Assembly (NCBI GenBank): GCA_965216755.1
Contig: CBDCGL010000011.1
Location: forward strand, 416,001 to 480,000
Source of the DNA: Alphaproteobacteria bacterium
Lineage (GTDB): Bacteria; Pseudomonadota; Alphaproteobacteria; UBA7887
DNA: 64,000 nt
Direction of reading: 5' to 3'
Numbering within the stretch: position 1 is the first letter of the stretch; each line of letters begins with the position of its first letter. Both the position numbers and the translations under genes were made by a program. Below, piece after piece: positions 21,804-32,023 of the stretch. A model generated the notes under the pieces. That model was given only the letters and a program-made list of their open reading frames with translations, ran no database searches and was not told where the DNA came from.

Positions 21804-22265
21804 TAGAGCGCTTTCCGGCCATATTGAACCATTCTGCCGGAGCGACTTTGTGACAAGATCAAGTCGATGTCCGCAGGCCGTATCGGGCATACGGCTACGG
21901 ACAGCGTCGTCGCGATTGTCACAAAATCGCCCGGCCCTGCGGGTTTGCGACCGGCAGGCGTCCCCCAATGGGAATCCATGTGGGCGACCACATTGGTCGG
22001 CCGACTTGCCCGATGCGCGCGTGCGGTGGATCGGACGTTCGCTTGATCTTGCATCGAGCACCAGAGCGAACGTCCGATCCGTGAACCACACGAGATCCAA
22101 ATATTCGGCTCGTGTCCTGACGAAACCGAAGTTCGTAAGGCGCCTGGGGTCAGACGTGACGAACTTCGGTTTCGGGACACGAGCATCGCGCTGCGGCGCC
22201 CTTCGTGTGGACCGCCGCGCCGGACCGCAAACAGAATTGACTCAATATGGTCGAAAAGCGCTCTA
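21804..22265. mobile_element. 462-bp non-coding inverted-repeat (MITE-like) element with nested hairpins
   Basis: TAGAGCGCTTTCCGGCCATATTGA (21804-21827) and TCAATATGGTCGAAAAGCGCTCTA (22242-22265) are 22/24 inverted; TA at both ends; internal stems at 21842-21930, 22028-22080 and 22108-22184. Confidence 0.7.
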
Positions 22266-22301
22266 TGATCGGAGTGCCCGTGCTGAAGCGTTGCGACCTT
22301 G

Positions 22302-23513
22302 CTAATCGGTGCGCGAGACGATGATGATGTCCCCCGGTTGTATTCTTTCCGCACTCGTCACAGGACTTTTTTCTGCGCCATCGGGGCCGTGGCGGATCAG
22401 TGAGAACGTGTGAAAAGCGAACTCGTCGGTCAGCGACGGCGAGTCGGCGTGCATCGATTCTCGCAAGGCCAAAAGTTGAGATTGGGCGAGGATCTGTTCC
22501 TCTAATACGGCGATATTGGCCTCAACGTCGGCCAACGCAGCGGCAACATCGGTTCCGCGTTCATTTGCAGCCGAAAACGTTTCATACTTTGCCTCGTTAA
22601 TGTTCAGTCTCGCTTTGGTGGCGTCCAATATGGTTCTACGGCGTTCAGATTTGAGGTCCAAGATCTGGTTTTGCAGGTCGACGACTTGAACTGTGCGCGC
22701 GAGCCCGCGGTCAAGAAGTTCGTTTCTTTTCTCGAGCTCTTCTTCCATAAAGGCGATTGTGCTGTTGATGGATTCCGCATGCCGGTTGAGCGCGCCAATC
22801 TCATTCTGATAGATCTCAATTTGCGCTGGGTTATGGCTGGTTTGCTCGCCGATTGCCGATTTGCGCAGGGCAAAAAGACGGCGCTCTTGGTCAATTGCCA
22901 AGCGGCCGGACGGCGTATTCTCAAAGTCGCGTAGTTCCTGCGAGAAGGAGATTTCTTCCAGATTCTGTTGTTCGGCGAGCAATCGTGCACGTCGCGCAAT
23001 CGCGGTCAGGCGTTGCGTCTTCAAAGTATCGACCCGCTCTTTCGCGCGTGTGAGCAGAAGCTGTTGTTCCAAATCGCCTGCAGGATTCCTAAGAAAGCCT
23101 CCCGCCATTGCGACCGCGTCCAACACGGTCGTGTTGACGACATATGGATAGCGATTGGGGGCCTCCACGGCGCCGAGGATGGAGATCGGCCGGTAGGCCA
23201 TGACATCGGCGACGACTTTCAATGTTTCTATTCCGGCCAATTTACGAGCCGCGTCGGCCACGCTTTCTTCGATTTGCGCCAATGTGCGACCAGCCGCCTG
23301 CACGCGGCCGATTGCCTGTATCGAAATACTTCCAGAATCGTCGACCACGGACTCGCCAGAATACTCAGGCCACTGAAAAACCGTCACACGCAGCGTATCG
23401 CCCGGAGCCGTCAAGTAATCGTCGGCGGCACTGCTCGATGGCGGCGTCGCGGACAAAATCTGAACCGCGAAGACAATGAAAAGTCCTTTGCGCATTGATA
23501 TAAGGTGCTTCAT
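22302..23513 (-). CDS. Polysaccharide export protein (Wza/ExoF-like)
   Basis: YLTAPGDTLRVTV, VDDSGSISI, AAGRTL, ILGAVEAP..Y, TVLDAVAMAGG, coiled coil, IQPGDII. Confidence 0.88.
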   Translation of the reverse strand: MKHLISMRKGLFIVFAVQILSATPPSSSAADDYLTAPGDTLRVTVFQWPEYSGESVVDDSGSISIQAIGRVQAAGRTLAQIEESVADAARKLAGIETLKVVADVMAYRPISILGAVEAPNRYPYVVNTTVLDAVAMAGGFLRNPAGDLEQQLLLTRAKERVDTLKTQRLTAIARRARLLAEQQNLEEISFSQELRDFENTPSGRLAIDQERRLFALRKSAIGEQTSHNPAQIEIYQNEIGALNRHAESINSTIAFMEEELEKRNELLDRGLARTVQVVDLQNQILDLKSERRRTILDATKARLNINEAKYETFSAANERGTDVAAALADVEANIAVLEEQILAQSQLLALRESMHADSPSLTDEFAFHTFSLIRHGPDGAEKSPVTSAERIQPGDIIIVSRTD

Positions 23514-23708
23514 TCACCGCCCGACCGACAAGAGAGATGCACCAATAGTCTAACCCCAATTCAGGAGGTGGCGTCAAAGAAAAGAAGCTGACGCGTTTTG
23601 GCATCAGTGGAATAACGACATGTGACCGGTCGTGAGCGTTGAGATTCCGGAACGTGAGACGGAGTCCAGGTCAAATGTATCAGGCCGCATATGCTGCGAA
23701 AATGTAGA

Positions 23709-24986
23709 TTACTGATTTTCGATGTTGGGTTTAAACCTGTTTTTCCGGCTTTGGAGCAACGAATTCCAGATGTCTAGGCGGCGTTCTGTAATTCCAGCGA
23801 TGTCAAATTTTGTTTCGACTTTCGCGCGCGCCGCATGCGCCATTCTTTTGCGCATCACAGATGATGTTAGCAGTTGCACGGTCATTTTCGCCGCCGTGGC
23901 GACATCTCCCTGCGCAATGATGATCCCGTCGCGTTCATGTTCGATCAGTTCTTCGATGCCTGGTGACCACGTCACGATTGGAACGCATCCTTGCGACATC
24001 GCTTCCTTGACGACATTTGGTAGACGCTCCGAGGGGTGACGCGACATCGATACCAAGGCTTCGGCACGAGTGAGTTGTGCATAGACGTCGTCATGGGGAA
24101 CAAACCCGAGAAAAGTTATCGCTCCGTTGAGATCAAGTTGCTGCGCAGTTTGCTGCAAGTTCGCCAATTGCGGACCGTCTCCCAAGACGAGCAAGTGGCT
24201 TTCGGGAACTCGTTTGCGAACGAGCGCGAAGGCGCGGAGCGCATCGACCGTGTGTTTTGAGGGTATCAAACGCTCTATCACGAGGATTCGTCCAGGAATC
24301 TTTTGTGTTGGCTTTCCTGGTGACGGCTGGGGTTCGATGCCGTGATAAGCAACTTCGATCCGCGATGAAGTTATCCCAATTTGTGCCAGCGCAGGTCGGT
24401 TGGCTTCGGTGAGAGTCCATACCGTAGGCAACTGGCGAGCCAGCTCCGCGCTACAAACATAGTTCCTCGCCAAGTCGTAGTTGCCCAGAAACATGGAGAC
24501 CAGAGTCGAAGGGACATGGCGGTGCACCAATAGGCCCAGCAGGCTGGGATAATGTCCCCAGAAAAGGTGCAGCACGTCAGGCGGATCGCGACGAACTGCG
24601 GAAAAAACATCAAGGATGCGCGGTGACAAGAGAAGACCGCGTAACACGTCTATCGGTCGATGAATGTTGTGAACCACGACATGGATTAAGAGATCCAAGA
24701 GTATGCGCGGCCGAGAGAGGCCGTACCAGAAGCCACGTATATTCGACCGGAACCCGCTGTGTGTCAGTGGCACTTCATTCAGTCTGTATTCGTCAAACAG
24801 TCTTGCGCAATCGGCGCCACGTGCGCGCAAACATGCAATAGAGATGTCGACGCCGGCGGCACGCAGTCCGCGCACTTCGACGGCCGCAAAGGTCTCCGAC
24901 CGCACCGGGAAACGCATTGTCGCGTAAAGCACGCGAAGCGGCGTCGTCTTGTCGGCTGTCAAAGGATTGTCGATTGATTTCGCCAT
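23709..24986 (-). CDS. GT4 glycosyltransferase (WcaL-like)
   Basis: FPVRSETF, ERL...K, GDGP, ERLPNVVKEAM. Confidence 0.9.
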   Translation of the reverse strand: MAKSIDNPLTADKTTPLRVLYATMRFPVRSETFAAVEVRGLRAAGVDISIACLRARGADCARLFDEYRLNEVPLTHSGFRSNIRGFWYGLSRPRILLDLLIHVVVHNIHRPIDVLRGLLLSPRILDVFSAVRRDPPDVLHLFWGHYPSLLGLLVHRHVPSTLVSMFLGNYDLARNYVCSAELARQLPTVWTLTEANRPALAQIGITSSRIEVAYHGIEPQPSPGKPTQKIPGRILVIERLIPSKHTVDALRAFALVRKRVPESHLLVLGDGPQLANLQQTAQQLDLNGAITFLGFVPHDDVYAQLTRAEALVSMSRHPSERLPNVVKEAMSQGCVPIVTWSPGIEELIEHERDGIIIAQGDVATAAKMTVQLLTSSVMRKRMAHAARAKVETKFDIAGITERRLDIWNSLLQSRKNRFKPNIENQ

Positions 24987-25136
24987 TCCGTGAGGTCAAC
25001 TCGATGAGGCGGTTTGTGGAGTCTAGGAATGGCTTTAAGTCTTGCGGTTGCTTTCGTCAATTCACGGTGGAACACATCCAAGCCGGCCCCGCGTCTCTCG
25101 CGTTGTCGAATGGCTGCACCGTCTGTGTGTGTAGGA

Positions 25137-25379
25137 TCAGAAAATCAATAGGTATGCCAGTATGACGATCCAAAGAATGATACCGAGAATGGCGCCCGAG
25201 ATGACGCCATATGTCGACCGCATGGGCTCTCGGTCTTCTTCGGCCTCCAAGTCGCAGCAAACATGCGGTGCGGCGTTTCGTTCGGTCGTATCATCCACGA
25301 GGTCGCCGGTACCTCTTAGTGACAACGTGCGCGTTGCGCGTCGTCCAGTCCACTTCCCAAATGTAGTTTTCATTCTCAT
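25137..25379 (-). CDS. Small protein with a C-terminal TM helix
   Basis: YGVISGAILGIILWIVILAYLLIF; lies upstream of and co-oriented with the GT4 gene. Confidence 0.4.
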   Translation of the reverse strand: MRMKTTFGKWTGRRATRTLSLRGTGDLVDDTTERNAAPHVCCDLEAEEDREPMRSTYGVISGAILGIILWIVILAYLLIF

Positions 25380-25833
25380 GAAAAATATTGCAGTCTTGTC
25401 AATGTGTAGGTGTTAATCTCCTCTGGAGATTGACAAGAAAGAATCACTTTATGTCCAGTTTTTACTGAATGAAACGTTACACATTTTCATGTTGTTGTTT
25501 AAGAACATTTGAAAGACTATTTTGCGTCAAGAATATGAAGTAATTGTGACCAAATAGCAAATCTGTCCGATTCCAACTCGCGTGAACATGTGAGGCGATA
25601 TTGCCTTTCGCCAAAAAATTACCGTATTACCGTCAAACAGTGTGAGTGGCTACGAAATGATGCCAATAACATCAGGACAGGGAGCACGATTGCGTGTCTG
25701 CGCAATGTTCTTGTTGCCATTTGATCGGAATTGCCAAGAGAAGCCGATTCGCCTCCATCGTTCGTTTGGAAAATCTGCCACATCATCCCGCGCTGATCAT
25801 CCGGTTATGAATGTGACGGTGATGCTGTGTTAA

Positions 25834-27085
25834 CCCGGATTTCCCAGATGGAATCCGAATAAGCGGACTCGCTTGAACGATTCTGCTATAAGAATCAATG
25901 AAATACCATCACCAAATCGGTTCAAGACCAGCTTACCCAGCGGGTAACACCAAAAAGGTGCCATTGCGGGTCGATTTCGACCGCCGCCTGAAACTGGAAT
26001 TTCACGGCGGCAAGATCACCTCGGATGCCGGCCTCCTGGCCGACCGGGAACTGGATGTGGTTCCCACCCAGACCGATCTGGCCGGCGTGGCACTGTCAGA
26101 CCTTCGCCGAGGCAAGAACACCCGCCACCTGCTGACGGGCCTGTTGCGCCAATCGCTCTACGGCTGGCTGGCAGGGTACGAAGACGCGAACGCTGCCGAG
26201 CGGGTTTCCCGTGACCCGGCGAAGCGCGCCATCGCGAACTGAAATGGCCTTGAGCGCCGTGTCGCTTCGACCAGTCAGATGGGGCGCTTCGAGACAAAGT
26301 GCCGGGCAACGGTGGAGAACTTGGCGGCCCTGTCCGACCTCTCAGGACTCTGGATCGACCGTGTTCATGATTGCATGAAGTGGACTTACCCGAAAAAAGT
26401 TGAGGGACTTTTGATAGCGTGAGTTGATCAGGACGACCTTATGGACCAACGATCACGACGGAATTTCACGGACGAGTTCAAACGCGAGGCGCTTCGCATT
26501 TTTCAATCAGCGCGGCACGGCCGCGCAATGGACAATAAAAGCAAACAGGCGATCCACTGGACGCGCCAATCCTGCCACAGCTTCCGCAACAACGAGGTTC
26601 GGCCCCAGCTTCATGCGTTAGCCTACAATCTCAGCAACGTCTTGCGCACGCCGGCTCTGCCACAAGAGGTCGAGCATTGGTCGCCGACCACGCTGCAAAC
26701 CAAGCTTATCAAGATCGGCGCCAAGGTGGTGCGCCACGGCCGCCGCGTCACCTTCCAGCTGGCCGCAGTCGCCATCCCCAGACATCTCTACGTCGAGAAC
26801 CTGCGGCGGATCGACGAGCTGCGGCTTGGCCCGGCTGCGGCCATGACAGGCTTCGATTCAGAAGCAATCGGTCTTCCCGACAGAGGTGCCACGCATCGTG
26901 AGTGTCGAAGCGTGCCCTCAATGCATGAGAGATTCGATCTACCAGCTGTTCACCAGCCAAATCGGCCCCACAAGCCCAGGAGATCATCATGCAAAGTCCC
27001 GACCGAACCGAGGTTAGAATCCTATTCGACAGCTGAATGTGCTACTGTTTTTGGTCAGTTGGAGATGTTATCCGGGAAATCTCGG
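25834..27085 (+). mobile_element. Degenerate IS1380-family element with an internal IS3 left-end fragment
   Basis: IRs CCCGGATTTCCCAGAT / ATCCGGGAAATCTCGG (13/16); transposase fragments LRVDFDRRLKLEFHGGKITSDAGLL and FRNNEVRPQLHALAYNL; IS3-like end TGAAGTGGAC at 26376 plus OrfA start MDQRSRRNFTDEFKREA. Confidence 0.8.
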
Positions 27086-27411
27086 ATAAAGACCACGGTA
27101 TGGTCGTCGTCGGCACTGAGGGCATGGTCGCGTTCGACAGTGTTTTGGCGTTTGCCGACGAATCGCGTTTAAATCGCCACGGCGTCGGCCGGAACGGCGA
27201 GGGGCGTGCGGTCGGTCGCGCGGCGGCGGCCGTGCCGATCGCATATCAAGAGGACGAGCCGTTGCATGCCGAATGCGTCCATATTCTGGAATGTGTGCAG
27301 GGCAGGGTACCATCGCGCTCAGATGCCGAGGACGGTTTGCGTGTGTTGACCGCCTGTCAACGGGCTCTGGCCACCAGGATGCCGGCCAATTTGACCACGG
27401 AGCTGCTTTGA
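27086..27411 (+). pseudogene. 3' remnant of a Gfo/Idh/MocA (WbpB-like) oxidoreductase
   Basis: MVVVGTEGMVAFD...EPLHAECVH...SDAEDGLRVL; truncated by the IS1380 end. Confidence 0.6.
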
Positions 27412-27429
27412 GCGCGCCCCAAATTTGTC

Positions 27430-27590
27430 TGCCTGCCGTGGTCGCCAAAGATGTCCCGGATTTTTGCCTCTGTGTCGGCAACCGGGGTCGGCGCGATCGG
27501 TTGGGTCGGTCGCACCGGCGATCCCTTGAGGCCCGATTTGGTTTGTCCCTGCACCGGCGAACGCTATCGCGAAGACGATGGTGCGCCGCT
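27430..27590 (+). pseudogene. 3' remnant of a WbpD-like hexapeptide N-acetyltransferase
   Basis: AVVAKDVPDF..VGN, frameshift, IGWVGRTG...LVCPCTGERY. Confidence 0.55.
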
Positions 27591-27689
27591 CCATCCGCGA
27601 AATGCTTATGCCGCCTTTGGTCATGGCGCGGGCGTATGTTGGTGCACCCAACCGGCATAGTGCCGTCGTCGGATTGTTGATTTTGTCGG

Positions 27690-28754
27690 ATGACCCGCCG
27701 ACTGGCTTTCCTTTTGCCGAGCTTTGCCGGTGGTGGTGCGGAACGGGTGATGATCCGTATCGCGTCGGGCCTGGATCCGGGGCGTTATGCGAGCACGATC
27801 TTGGTCATGGACGCGGCCGGTCCATTGTCTGCAAACCTGCCGCGACATATCACCGTGCACGATATCGGCCGGCGCCGGTTGCGCAGCGCGTTGCCGGCGA
27901 TCATCGGCTGGTTGCGCCATCATCGCTCCTATGCGGTGATCGCCAGCTTGGGATACATAAATCTCGGTCTTTTGGCGGCGCGTCCAGCCCTGCCGGTTGA
28001 AACCCACATCGTCGTTCGAGAAGCCAACACACCGTCGTTGGCCTTGCCGCAAAGCCCGCGACCGTGGCTGACTCGACTTGGCTATCGCCTGCTCTATCGG
28101 ACAGCGGACGCGGTCGTGGCACAGCATCAACAAACCGCGGCAGAGATGCGCGACCACTTTCAGGTGCCGGGTCGGGCGTTACACATAATTGCCAACCCGA
28201 TCGATGTGAAGGCGGTGCGTGCCGCCGCGAGCGGCCCCTGGCCAAAACGCGACGCCATCCGTCTGGTGGCCGCCGGACGCCTGGCGCGACAAAAAGGTTT
28301 TGATCGCCTTATTGCGTTGATGGCAGAGACGGCCGCCGACCGCCATCTGACAATCTATGGGGACGGTCCGGAACGTCACGCTCTGCGGCGGCAGATCGAT
28401 GACAGTGGGCTCGGCAACCGAGTCACTTTGGCCGGCTTCACGCCGAACCCGGTGCCGGCGCTGGCGCGCGCCGACGCCTGTGTTCTGTCTTCGCGCTGGG
28501 AAGGTCTGCCCAATGTTGCGTTGGAGGCTTTGGCCTGTGGCACGCCGGTAATCGCGACGCCGCAATCTGGTGGTTTGGTGGCGCTGGGCGGGGCACCGGG
28601 CGTTACCATCGTGCCTTGGGGTCCGGCATTCAAGGCCGCCATCGAGGCCGTTGAGCCGGCGCCCGACACGGGCCTGAGTGCCAGTTTGTTGCCGGCGCAA
28701 TTCGAAAGCACGGCGGTCGTGGCCCAATTCACGGTCATGCTCGATCAGCTGTGA
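27690..28754 (+). CDS. GT4 glycosyltransferase
   Basis: GGGAERV, AGRLARQKGFD, GDGPE, SSRWEGLPNVALEALACGTPV. Confidence 0.93.
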   Translation: MTRRLAFLLPSFAGGGAERVMIRIASGLDPGRYASTILVMDAAGPLSANLPRHITVHDIGRRRLRSALPAIIGWLRHHRSYAVIASLGYINLGLLAARPALPVETHIVVREANTPSLALPQSPRPWLTRLGYRLLYRTADAVVAQHQQTAAEMRDHFQVPGRALHIIANPIDVKAVRAAASGPWPKRDAIRLVAAGRLARQKGFDRLIALMAETAADRHLTIYGDGPERHALRRQIDDSGLGNRVTLAGFTPNPVPALARADACVLSSRWEGLPNVALEALACGTPVIATPQSGGLVALGGAPGVTIVPWGPAFKAAIEAVEPAPDTGLSASLLPAQFESTAVVAQFTVMLDQL

Positions 28755-28948
28755 TTGGGGGGTTAATAGCCTGAGCCCACAGCGGGACGCGCGCATCGAC
28801 TGCGCGCCGCGACGAAAAATGAGACCGCCTCCTGTTTGCTGTTTCCCCTCATTTCGGTGTGTGTGTGTAAGATGAACCGGCGCCTATGTAACAAGGCCGC
28901 CGGATCGCCCCGGCTCGGATGTGCAAATAACAAACGCGACGACGACAC

Positions 28949-30100
28949 ATGGCATACGTGTTCGGAATTCTGCTGCTAATCTTGCTGTATACTTATGTTG
29001 GGTATGGGGTGCTCCTGTTTTTCTTAAGGCGGTTTCGAAGAAGACCACGGCCACGATATGACGGTTTTGCGGCAGACGTGACGTTGTTGGTTGCTGCCCA
29101 CAACGAACAGTTGAACATAGGGCGCAAAATCACAAACGCATTGTCATTGAATGTCGGTCCGCACGAACTCGATATCTTGGTTGTCTCGGACGGGTCGACT
29201 GACGGTACCGTCGCGGAAGCACGAGGAAACGGGCACGCCAGAGTTCGGGTTATTGATATCCGACGACATGTCGGAAAGGCTGCAGCGCTAAACCGGGGAC
29301 TTGCCGAATTACGGAGTGATGTCGTCGTCTTTACTGATGCTAACAGCGCTATTGAAAAGGACTCAATCGTCGAACTGATGAAGCATTTCGCCGACCCCTC
29401 GGTCGGCGGGGTCTGTGGCCGGATAGGTGTTCCGAAGAAAAAGCGTAGCTGGATTGGGCATGCCGAGGCCCTGTATTGGCGTTACGATCACAGCTTGAAA
29501 ATGGCTGAGAGTGACCTCGGCGGGGCGGTTTCTGCTCAAGGCGCGCTTTATGCCATTCGGCGCGATTTGATCGGCGCCATACCAGCCGCGGTGGCCGACG
29601 ATTCGTACAATTCGCTTCGGGTTGTCGCGCTCGGTAAGCGTCTGGTCTTCGAGCCGAGCGCCGTCGCGCTGGAGACAGTATCGCCTTCGGCAAAAATGGA
29701 ATTTGGTCGGCGTGTGCGTTCGACTGAACGCGGGTGGCGCAGCTTGATGCTCAATTCGGAGCTTTTCAATCCCGGTAAGTTCGGATTCTATTCACTTCAG
29801 CTGTTTTCTCACAAAGTCTTGCGACGCCTCAGCCCTTTCTTGCTTGTTGGATTGGCGACCGCCAATCTGTTGTTGGTCGCAGACCATGTGGCCTATGCGC
29901 TGGCCGCTGCGATTCAAGCATGTTTCTACCTTCTTGCGATCATCGGCTGGTGGTTGCGGCAGCGCGGTAGCGCGCTCACGTCATTGCCGTTTTTTTTCGT
30001 GATGGGCCATTATGCGATGGCCCTTGGCTTGCTGAATATTCTGTTCGGAAAACAAAGCGCGAAATGGCGGCCCGTCCGCATGGATTCTGCGGACACGTGA
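28949..30100 (+). CDS. GT2 glycosyltransferase with TM segments
   Basis: AAHNE, VSDGSTDGT, GKAAALN, FTDAN, GALYAIRR, EFGRRVR. Confidence 0.92.
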   Translation: MAYVFGILLLILLYTYVGYGVLLFFLRRFRRRPRPRYDGFAADVTLLVAAHNEQLNIGRKITNALSLNVGPHELDILVVSDGSTDGTVAEARGNGHARVRVIDIRRHVGKAAALNRGLAELRSDVVVFTDANSAIEKDSIVELMKHFADPSVGGVCGRIGVPKKKRSWIGHAEALYWRYDHSLKMAESDLGGAVSAQGALYAIRRDLIGAIPAAVADDSYNSLRVVALGKRLVFEPSAVALETVSPSAKMEFGRRVRSTERGWRSLMLNSELFNPGKFGFYSLQLFSHKVLRRLSPFLLVGLATANLLLVADHVAYALAAAIQACFYLLAIIGWWLRQRGSALTSLPFFFVMGHYAMALGLLNILFGKQSAKWRPVRMDSADT

Positions 30101-30187
30101 TCGGTGAAACGGGCTAGACAATAGATTTCGAAGATCGAAGAGCCCTGGATTATTGATCAAACAAGTAGGGCGCCAAAGATGAAACCG

Positions 30188-32014
30188 TTATTTGACGCTT
30201 TCCGCCAACAGAAAGGCTAACGGTCGCTTGCATGTGCCCAAGCTGGCTTTCTTGAACATGCCGATTGAACCTTCAGTCAAGTGCCCGGACGGGACAACGC
30301 AGACCAAGCCTGGAGCGGGCAGAACAGACGCATGCCAGTCAAAATCCGCCGAAATGGGTTTGAGGCACTCGATGTGAATTTCGTGGGCAGCCAAAATCTC
30401 CTCGTGGGGTCCGAAAACGGAAATCCGATGGCTCCATTCACCAAGAGCTGAGCGTTGCGCGTCGGTCAGGCCAGCTAGACGGCATGAAACGGTTTTCCCC
30501 ATACTTGCGAGCGCTGCCGCCATCACGAGTGTTGCCGAGGACACAAACTGCTGAGGCCCAAGGCCTGTGACCTGAATGACCGGCACCTCGAAGTAGCCGA
30601 GTGCGGACAAACGTAGTTCAAGCGTGGAACCAAGTGACCGAATGCCACGAAGATCTCTCTGGCGCAGGCGCCGACGGCCATGGACGACCGAACGAATAAG
30701 GGGGCGCGGCAAGAATCCGAGCGGTTGTTCGCCGGTGACACGCAAGATGTCGACCGGCGTTCTTATCTTTCGCGACACAATATCAAGCATGAGCAAACTG
30801 GCGAAGGCAGCGAAAACCGCCGCAAAAAGGCCTTTGGCGACATTCGCCAATACTTTCGGCGATGACGGATAGGGCGCTGGTTGGGCCGGGCTGATAATCC
30901 GCAATTGCGACAGTTCCCTCGAACCAGCGAGTTCAAGCGCGGCAACGGGCTGTCGCAATTCGTGGATTTCATCTTCTAAGGAAGCGCGCATGCGCCGTAG
31001 ATCCATGAGCGGCTCCTCTTGTGCATTGATATTGTCGAGGTTTGTCACAAGATCGTCGATCATTATGGAGCGCACGGAGATGCGCCGATCCAACTCGCGT
31101 ATGCGCGCATTGATCAAGTTGATTTCACGGCGCAACGCGTCGCGCGTCTCGCGATCCTCGGATGCGGCCTGTTGTTGTTTGAAGATGCTAAGACGAACTT
31201 TGAGTTGCTCGCCTTCGACCTTATCCTCCGTCAGAATGGTCCGCTCGCTATCGAGCGCATTTCTGAGAGAGAGCCGTTTCTCTTCCAACGACAGGGCGCC
31301 CGACGATTTGCGCCAAGCAAATTCGCGCTCGGCCAGCGTTTCCAAATGCTCCTGTTTTTGGCGGATTTGCTTGGCGAGGCGCGCCTCGAGCACTTTGGCG
31401 GCATCCGCCGCCTGTTCCGATGCGCGTTCCACATATGCGTTTGCCAATGAGTTCGCGAAAGCGGCGGAAAGGTGAGGATCTGACAACGTTGCCTTGATTT
31501 GAAGAATAAAACTGCCCTCGACCGCGTCGATGTCAATGGCTTTCTGGAACTTGGCTATTCTCGCAATGCGTGTATCCGGCGGCTCAGTTATTCCGGAGTT
31601 GACCAGGCGGAACAATGCGTCGAATTGACGGCGTACGTGGCGCACCAAGTCAAAGGCCTTTCGCAGCATCGTCTGAAGCTCCGGTTCGGGCGGCCGCTCC
31701 TCGACATCTGAAGTTATCGAGTCCATGGCCCGCTCGACGACCGGCCAGCTCCTCAAATATTCTTTGTGCGTATTGCTGAGCGCATTTGCTTGATTTTTCC
31801 GTGTACCTCCAAAAAAGCTGCTGGAAAATCGCAACTCGTCTTCGCTTGGTAGCATAGTCACCCGCGCAACACTTGTGTACTCAGGTGAAATGACAAGCTT
31901 GGCCGCGCTTAGAATACCGACAATGGCAGGAATAACGACAACCAAGGCGAACAACGGGCGCCAATGTTGCTTAAATAGAATCCAGTAGTGGTCGACGAAT
32001 AATAGGGGACCCAT
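30188..32014 (-). CDS. Polysaccharide co-polymerase / chain-length regulator (GumC/Wzc-like) with a degenerate kinase domain
   Basis: N-terminal TM, YLRSWPVVE, long coiled coil, IISPAQPAPYPSSPK + TM; Walker A position reads VTGLGPQQFVSS. Confidence 0.82.
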   Translation of the reverse strand: MGPLLFVDHYWILFKQHWRPLFALVVVIPAIVGILSAAKLVISPEYTSVARVTMLPSEDELRFSSSFFGGTRKNQANALSNTHKEYLRSWPVVERAMDSITSDVEERPPEPELQTMLRKAFDLVRHVRRQFDALFRLVNSGITEPPDTRIARIAKFQKAIDIDAVEGSFILQIKATLSDPHLSAAFANSLANAYVERASEQAADAAKVLEARLAKQIRQKQEHLETLAEREFAWRKSSGALSLEEKRLSLRNALDSERTILTEDKVEGEQLKVRLSIFKQQQAASEDRETRDALRREINLINARIRELDRRISVRSIMIDDLVTNLDNINAQEEPLMDLRRMRASLEDEIHELRQPVAALELAGSRELSQLRIISPAQPAPYPSSPKVLANVAKGLFAAVFAAFASLLMLDIVSRKIRTPVDILRVTGEQPLGFLPRPLIRSVVHGRRRLRQRDLRGIRSLGSTLELRLSALGYFEVPVIQVTGLGPQQFVSSATLVMAAALASMGKTVSCRLAGLTDAQRSALGEWSHRISVFGPHEEILAAHEIHIECLKPISADFDWHASVLPAPGLVCVVPSGHLTEGSIGMFKKASLGTCKRPLAFLLAESVK

Positions 32015-32023
32015 GGAGGCAGT

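Noticed and set aside
21748-22354. ORFs on both strands containing QYGRKAL
   Set aside because: The shared peptide is produced by the terminal inverted repeats; these are not proteins.
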